A stretch of DNA of 64,000 nt from an uncultured Alphaproteobacteria bacterium. GTDB lineage: Bacteria; Electryoneota; RPQS01. The stretch is taken from NCBI GenBank assembly GCA_964587105.1, contig CAZPKG010000004.1, positions 153,443 through 217,442 on the forward strand, in the 5' to 3' direction. The notes under the pieces were generated by a model. It saw only the letters and a list, made by a program, of their open reading frames with translations. It was not told the DNA's origin and ran no database searches. Positions 58,273-64,000 of this stretch are shown in pieces. The translations under genes were made by a program, and so were the position numbers. Numbering within the stretch: the first letter of the stretch is position 1; each line of letters opens with the position of its first letter.

Positions 58273-59922
58273 ATGAGTAATCAGCTGTTGCTCGCGGCGC
58301 TTGTGCTCGTCACGTCACTAGCCGCCTTTGCGGGACCACGCCCGCCGCTCTCGTTGGACGGGCAGCTGAACCTAAATGGCAGCACAAACGGTTCGTCCAC
58401 CACTCCGAGTGGCAGCGATCCCAATAGCTATATCGTTACGGGATCCCTCCGGCTTCGTTTGTACGATTGGGAGTTTCCCGTATCTGTCACGTACTCTGAC
58501 AAAGAAAAGTCGTTTCAGCAGCCGTTCAACCGCTACGGCATGACCGCTCAGCGCAAGGGCATCAAATTGCTCGTCGGTTGGCGATCGCTTGCGCTTTCCA
58601 AGTATACGACTGGCAGCAGCACATGGCTTGGTGGCGGATTTGAGTTAAATCCAAAAGGGTTCTGGTTGGCCGGGTACTACGGACGCATGCAGCGTGCCGT
58701 TGAGCCGGACAGCACGGACCCTTCTGTCATTGCAGCATTTGAGCGCTGGGGCTGGGGAGGCGGGATCGGTTATCGTGCAGGTAACAGCAAAATTGAAATC
58801 ACAGCTGCGTCAGCGTGGGACAAAGGCGAAGGAAACCTCGACTCCCTAAACAGGCTTTCGCACCCGCAAAAGAGCACCGCAGCAAGCGTGGCATTACGAA
58901 TACCGATTCTAAAGAGAGTGAAGCTGTCTGCCGAAACCGCGGCCAGTTTACAAACCACAAATCTCAACGGTCTTCCAATTGACGCCACTGATGAAATTCC
59001 CTCAGGGTTGATAGGGACGCTCGGACTGAACCAGTCCACCTTTCTGTCGACTGCCAGCGACGCCGGAGTTTCTTATGATGATAGAATTTTCGGTCTCAAG
59101 ATTGGCTACCTTCGGATCGACCCGGAATACGGGACACTTGGGGCAAGTTACATGCGCGGTGACATCGAGAAGATTCACATCGCGCCGCGATTGCGGCTGC
59201 CAGCAGGCAATATCGGGATCAGCGGCTCTATCGGAATTGAGCGCAATAATACCGACAATGCGCGTCGCTTAACGACAAGTCGTCAGGTCGCATCGGCATC
59301 GGCGGATTGGGCACCGAGCAAATGGTTTGGTATCTTTGCGACACTCTCCAACAGCAGCCAAGATCAAGAGGCAAACAGGCCTGAAATCGCCGATTCCTTG
59401 AGGCGGGGTTACACCGATGTGTCCTGTTCACTTTCGCCGCGGTTTACGATGCGAGAGTCAGCCCGAACTCATACAATTTCGCCAAATCTTGATTATGGGA
59501 AGTTCGTCGCCAGCAACGACGACAATGGTGCAATGAACTTTGCGACGCAGACGCTTCGCATCGCTTATCAATTGGGGTGGCGCCGGACTGGGCAGAGCAT
59601 ATCGTTCAGTTATTCGAGAATTCGAGTTCACGATTCTACATCCGATCCTACGAGTTCGACCCTTTCTCTGGCCTGTTCATCACCTCTGCGCACTGACAAG
59701 ATAATCGGTACATTAAGCGTTTCCCGATCTTCAGCAGAAGCTGCTGCGATTCAAACCGAGAATCATGGTGCTGAGATATCGTTTCAGATTTTGCCAACTC
59801 GCGAAGACCGTATTCAATTGGCAGGCGCTTGGCACAGAACAGTGACAGACGGTGTGAACAGCGAGACGATCACCAACTCTCGCCTATCACTAAACTACAA
59901 CCGACGTTTTCAGTTACTATAG
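58273..59922 (+). CDS. Probable outer-membrane beta-barrel protein
   Basis: Signal peptide; QQPFNRYG; many alternating amphipathic strands; C-terminal ...SLNYNRRFQLL. Start uncertain (the ORF opens at 58138). Confidence 0.65.
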   Translation: MSNQLLLAALVLVTSLAAFAGPRPPLSLDGQLNLNGSTNGSSTTPSGSDPNSYIVTGSLRLRLYDWEFPVSVTYSDKEKSFQQPFNRYGMTAQRKGIKLLVGWRSLALSKYTTGSSTWLGGGFELNPKGFWLAGYYGRMQRAVEPDSTDPSVIAAFERWGWGGGIGYRAGNSKIEITAASAWDKGEGNLDSLNRLSHPQKSTAASVALRIPILKRVKLSAETAASLQTTNLNGLPIDATDEIPSGLIGTLGLNQSTFLSTASDAGVSYDDRIFGLKIGYLRIDPEYGTLGASYMRGDIEKIHIAPRLRLPAGNIGISGSIGIERNNTDNARRLTTSRQVASASADWAPSKWFGIFATLSNSSQDQEANRPEIADSLRRGYTDVSCSLSPRFTMRESARTHTISPNLDYGKFVASNDDNGAMNFATQTLRIAYQLGWRRTGQSISFSYSRIRVHDSTSDPTSSTLSLACSSPLRTDKIIGTLSVSRSSAEAAAIQTENHGAEISFQILPTREDRIQLAGAWHRTVTDGVNSETITNSRLSLNYNRRFQLL

Positions 59923-59938
59923 CGATCGGAAGCAGGGC

Positions 59939-62900
59939 ATGAAAAGACTCATTGTTGCAGCACTCGCATTCTTTTTGCAGGCGGTGCCAGAAACAGCTTC
60001 GATCCTGCAAGCGCAGGAAATCGTGAACATAAGCGTAAACGTTGTGCCGCCTTTTAGTGCTCGCTTCAGCTATTATCAGGAAGCCAACGTGATTCTCATC
60101 ACGATGAATTGGACACCGTCGCCAAACAACACCTTGGAAGTCCTGCCAGTCAAGCTTGCGGCACGTGTTGATCAGCTTGATGGTGACATTCAAGTTTGGA
60201 CGAGTTCGAATCTGCCCATGATAGAATTGCCACGCAACGCCCCATTTATCGTCCGGGCGACCGATGTCAGCCAGATGATAGACGCAAACAATATCAGCAC
60301 CGAGGGCATTGAATACCAAAGCCTCGTAACCGGCGACAGGCTACCCGAAGGCGACTATCGTTTGTGCGTCTATGCGCTTGACCCCGTGACGGAAGACACA
60401 ATTTCGTCCGCAGATCGCGTGCGCTGTGCAAACATCCTGATTGAATACTCGACCCCGCCTCAACTTGTTTCGCCGTGTGAGGAGTCCGGAGGCCTTATTG
60501 TGTATCACGGGGACGATATTCAGTTTCGTTGGACTCCTGTGTTCGATGGAACATTGGATGTGCTGTATGAACTGATTGTTGAAGACGTCGTTCTCGGAGA
60601 TACTCGAGAACCAGAAGTGATTTTGCAAGAGTCGCGAGGAAGTTGGAAATTCGACCCGGATCCCGTGACCACCCCCTTCGCGATTATGCCGTATCACGAA
60701 TATCGCTTTGCCGAGTCCGACCAGTTTGTATGGCAAGTGCGCGCGTATAGGTTGGACGAAACCGTCGCATTTGAAAACGATGGGAGAAGCGAGGTCTGCC
60801 AATTTGGATTGAGCACAATAGGGCGGGACGACGAAGGAGTAGATCTTGTTTATCCGAACTGCCTCTTCGCCAGCGACGAAGAACAGTGCATCGCTGATCG
60901 TATCCCTCCCTTCGTGATTCGCGTTGATCAGAATAGTCCTCCTCGTGACATTCTATTAACGATTCAGGATCTGGGAGGCGTTGATGGAAGCGGACCGACG
61001 CGAGGCAGTCAGTCGTACTATGCATTCGATGCAACTCTCCCCTTGTCTGAAGAAGTGATACTCCTCAATGCGCCTGCTGGCCACGTAATGGACGCGCTGT
61101 GCGAAGGCGACAATTACGAGTTTGAGCCGGGACACCGGTATATGTGGCGCGTGGAGCTTGAGCAACCTACTGACGAGCGGGAGGAACCTCGGCGCGACTT
61201 ACAGGCAGAGGCAACAGTCGTTTGCTTGCCCGAATTAGCGTGCATTTACCCGCCCAATGGTGCCGAAATCGATCGATTCGAGACTCGTAGTGCAGAGTTC
61301 GAATTGCGTATTGAACCTCGACCAACATCCGTTACTGGAACAATTCCAACACATCCAGCGGATTGCCAGCTTAGGATCATTCGGATAGACACTCCATCGC
61401 CAACAGTAGTCCTGGATCAGCTGGTGGTGGCGGAGTTTCCGGTCGGTGACAATCAGATTTTACTTGATCAAGCGTTCCCCAATCTCGCGCCCGGCAACTA
61501 CCAGATCGAGGCACGCTGGCTCGCATACCCGGACCTGGCTGCTTCGAGCGAATTCACGATCACCGATGGTGCGGACGAATGCCTAACGGTTGAAGGTGTA
61601 TTCCCTGTAGACCATGCTTCCGTCCCTGGCTTGGCCGTCGCCGAAGAACCCTCGTTCTCCGTCAGGATCTCACCGAATTTCAACGAGGCATCGTTAGTTT
61701 CCGGCGAATTCAAGCTTTGGCATAAGGATCCGGAGGATGAAGATTGGCGAGAGATATACCGCGGCCGGCCCGATGCCACCTATTTCTTTGACAGACTTGA
61801 GATTCGTGAAAGAACACCCTCGGGAATACTATATGCAGACTTTGTTCCAAGAACACCGGATGGACGACCGGTTGACTTTCGATTGGGTGACGAATGCGTA
61901 TGGCAGGTTGAGCTAGTTGTGGATCCCACAAGTGCACGCACGGATGGCGTCATCTGCGAAGAGGATGGATACTCAAGTATCTACTACCACTTCACGGTTG
62001 GCGAACGGCCCGGATTGGTTTCAGAAGACTCGCTTGGAGGGAGTGAAGAACGCTCACATGATGGTGACACAGATCGAGATACGGATGAGCGGACGCCCGT
62101 TGTAGAGTGCAATCCGCCATCCTCAAATCAAGCACCCATTTCTCGACACGATGCCGTCGCTGACACGCTGCGAATCGGGGGTGCAAGATTGCTATGGAAT
62201 CGTCCTGAATGCCGCTTCAATGAGCGCCACGAGCTCTCAGGCGTTGGCCACGTTCTATATCGCGGCAAAGGTTATCTTGTCGAATTCGACAATCTCGTCC
62301 TCAATTCAGACAATGAAGTGATACGGGGCCAAGCAATCGTCCAATCACTGAGCGTACCGGGCCTTGTTGACAATATTGGGCGTGAGGTCGAACTAAATGC
62401 TGAACAGATACGCAGGGTGAAACAGATTTGGCAAGTCGGTGGGAATCTCTATGACACGGCAACGGACAATATCAGGGTTCCATATGGCATCGATTTAGAC
62501 TTTGGCAATCCGGACAACAGCGAGCCAGGCGGATGGGCATTTAAGGCAACGACCGTTCGACTAGCTTTTGAGCCAAATTTGGTCAAGTACGATGAGGTGA
62601 TTGCAGTTCGTGTACCCATGACAACCGCAGAGGGTCCGGACTTCAACTGGATCGGAGTTTACGCGCAAAACATCCCAATGTGCGAAACGGAGGATGCTGA
62701 ATGGCTGGTTGCATACAGGCTTTACGAGGACATTCAGGTAACTTTCCCTGAAGCAGGCAACACAACTTTCAGGATTCGCGGGAGCGCAGCAGAGGATCTT
62801 ACAAACGACTACGTGCTTGAACCAGGCGACGGCACAGCAATCCTGGCCAGCCATCGCGGTTTCGAGCAGTTCCACATAGAGGGCGAACTTACTTTGCCAC

Positions 62901-64000
62901 GGTCTGTAGTTGTACCGTTAGAGGGCGACAATGCGGAAAGTTGGACGCCGGCAGCATCGGGGCAGGTTACCGTGCGAGGAATGTATGACGTTATGCTAAG
63001 TGGCAGAGTTGACGAAAGCGACCCATCTCAGACTCTTGCAGGAGGCATGTACCTCGCATTTGACCTTCCCCCATGCATGATTGCAACTACCTCCGCAAAA
63101 TTGCAAGCTGAGCGGGCCGTGCTTGATCTGTCGAATTACTGGACACCCGCGTCAACGGGCACATCCGACGTTACATTCGATTTTCTTGGAAGGGTTGTCA
63201 TTCCGTCGGAACCGCGTCCAGTTGCGGCATACGAACCGGAATGGCGAGGTTTTTATGTGGGGCAAGGTGCCGTCATGGTTCCAGGGGTTGGAGAAATCGC
63301 GTTTGGTGTTTCCAACGCCTACTGGGGAAGTCCTGTGAGTATGAGCATTTTCGCTGCGCCGCATTTTGAGACGAAACTCTTTGACACTCTGCACGTTCGA
63401 TTGGATACCGTGGATTTCGAGATTGATCACGGTAACTTCGAAAGAGCGCGTGTGATGACCAGTCTGTCTTTGCCTGGCACGAACTCTGGGCGTGCGCATC
63501 TTGATCTGACGTATCATCAAGTGCCGGATGATTCTGCGTGGGATGGTGGGGCTGCCTTAAGCGCACGTCTGTATGCCAGCCCAGGCACAAAGTTCGGACT
63601 TACTGATTACGCCGAATTCACTTTGGCAGACGGTTCCGCAGCGGCCGTAACTGCCGTTGCTCATCCTCCTGCGGGGCAGAGTCCGTATACTGTCCAATTT
63701 GACCTCAGTGGTACGTTAGGGCTGGTTAAACGATCGGACGACAACACAGTCTTTAAACTCGCCGGGATAGAATTCGAACACTTCCGTTATGCTTCGGACG
63801 GACGTGGTATTGAGGCTCCGCGAATTACGTATCTCGGCCGAAACCTAGAACAAGGCGATGGCGATGAGTCCGAAGATACAGAAGGAGATTCGGATGAAGA
63901 TCCAGAAGAAGCCCTATCCATGGGAGACAACCAACAAGCAGGTGGTTTTCCGATTGGCTTGGAAGATATCGATTTTGAGTTTCGTAACGGCGGCCGAAGT
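59939..64000 (+). CDS. Giant secreted protein (>1350 aa, truncated by the window) with TANFOR-like N-terminal domain
   Basis: Not in the ORF track, consistent with no stop in the window. Manual translation MKRLIVAALAFFLQAV...EIVNISVNVVPPFS...RLPEGDYRLCVYALD...PPQLVSP...QFRWTP; the frame was spot-checked as open through to ...EDIDFEFRNGGRS at 64000. Confidence 0.75.
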   Translation, partial: MKRLIVAALAFFLQAVPETASILQAQEIVNISVNVVPPFSARFSYYQEANVILITMNWTPSPNNTLEVLPVKLAARVDQLDGDIQVWTSSNLPMIELPRNAPFIVRATDVSQMIDANNISTEGIEYQSLVTGDRLPEGDYRLCVYALDPVTEDTISSADRVRCANILIEYSTPPQLVSPCEESGGLIVYHGDDIQFRWTPVFDGTLDVLYELIVEDVVLGDTREPEVILQESRGSWKFDPDPVTTPFAIMPYHEYRFAESDQFVWQVRAYRLDETVAFENDGRSEVCQFGLSTIGRDDEGVDLVYPNCLFASDEEQCIADRIPPFVIRVDQNSPPRDILLTIQDLGGVDGSGPTRGSQSYYAFDATLPLSEEVILLNAPAGHVMDALCEGDNYEFEPGHRYMWRVELEQPTDEREEPRRDLQAEATVVCLPELACIYPPNGAEIDRFETRSAEFELRIEPRPTSVTGTIPTHPADCQLRIIRIDTPSPTVVLDQLVVAEFPVGDNQILLDQAFPNLAPGNYQIEARWLAYPDLAASSEFTITDGADECLTVEGVFPVDHASVPGLAVAEEPSFSVRISPNFNEASLVSGEFKLWHKDPEDEDWREIYRGRPDATYFFDRLEIRERTPSGILYADFVPRTPDGRPVDFRLGDECVWQVELVVDPTSARTDGVICEEDGYSSIYYHFTVGERPGLVSEDSLGGSEERSHDGDTDRDTDERTPVVECNPPSSNQAPISRHDAVADTLRIGGARLLWNRPECRFNERHELSGVGHVLYRGKGYLVEFDNLVLNSDNEVIRGQAIVQSLSVPGLVDNIGREVELNAEQIRRVKQIWQVGGNLYDTATDNIRVPYGIDLDFGNPDNSEPGGWAFKATTVRLAFEPNLVKYDEVIAVRVPMTTAEGPDFNWIGVYAQNIPMCETEDAEWLVAYRLYEDIQVTFPEAGNTTFRIRGSAAEDLTNDYVLEPGDGTAILASHRGFEQFHIEGELTLPRSVVVPLEGDNAESWTPAASGQVTVRGMYDVMLSGRVDESDPSQTLAGGMYLAFDLPPCMIATTSAKLQAERAVLDLSNYWTPASTGTSDVTFDFLGRVVIPSEPRPVAAYEPEWRGFYVGQGAVMVPGVGEIAFGVSNAYWGSPVSMSIFAAPHFETKLFDTLHVRLDTVDFEIDHGNFERARVMTSLSLPGTNSGRAHLDLTYHQVPDDSAWDGGAALSARLYASPGTKFGLTDYAEFTLADGSAAAVTAVAHPPAGQSPYTVQFDLSGTLGLVKRSDDNTVFKLAGIEFEHFRYASDGRGIEAPRITYLGRNLEQGDGDESEDTEGDSDEDPEEALSMGDNQQAGGFPIGLEDIDFEFRNGGRS

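Larger units (their letters stand above)
53023..64000. mobile_element. Probable island A (surface/secreted protein cargo), extending beyond the window toward the presumed intact ssrA
   Basis: Begins at att copy 3; left arm homologous to the island C arm; TTTAGCAC repeats. The right boundary is not in the window. Confidence 0.5.

Noticed and set aside
1-64000. CRISPR array, rRNA, complete tRNA, IS transposase or integrase
   Set aside because: No regularly spaced repeat-spacer units, RNA gene structures, or transposase/recombinase motifs were seen.

Overview
Bacterial chromosomal window, probably from an FCB-superphylum lineage outside the Bacteroidota (inferred from T9SS-type C-terminal sorting domains, a PorV-family gene and a gingipain-like C25 protein). 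Positions 1-35 kb look like backbone: a TonB receptor/large secreted protein/PorV cassette, a secreted esterase, a PhoBR-like two-component system, a GT-C-like membrane protein, a giant C25-family protein lacking its catalytic dyad, and a roughly 15-kb nitrate respiration operon under two divergent Rrf2 regulators. The most striking feature is in that operon. NarI is fused, through an internal twin-arginine motif and an extra TM helix, to a Rieske [2Fe-2S] domain, and the gene is followed by a PEWY-containing cytochrome b and a cytochrome c. This suggests a cytoplasm-facing NarGHI physically joined to a cytochrome bc module. Positions 35-64 kb form a tandem array of at least three islands separated by copies of a tmRNA(ssrA)-like 3' end on the minus strand (35190, 45112, 53023). 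The first is a kdp island with a KdpD-USP-PTS EIIA fusion and sigma54-type control. The second is a heavy-metal efflux island with matching arm-type repeats at both ends. The third carries surface proteins (S74 fibre, beta-barrel, TANFOR-like giant) and runs off the window. No integrase and no intact ssrA are visible in the window. All calls come from motif reading by eye; no database searches were run.
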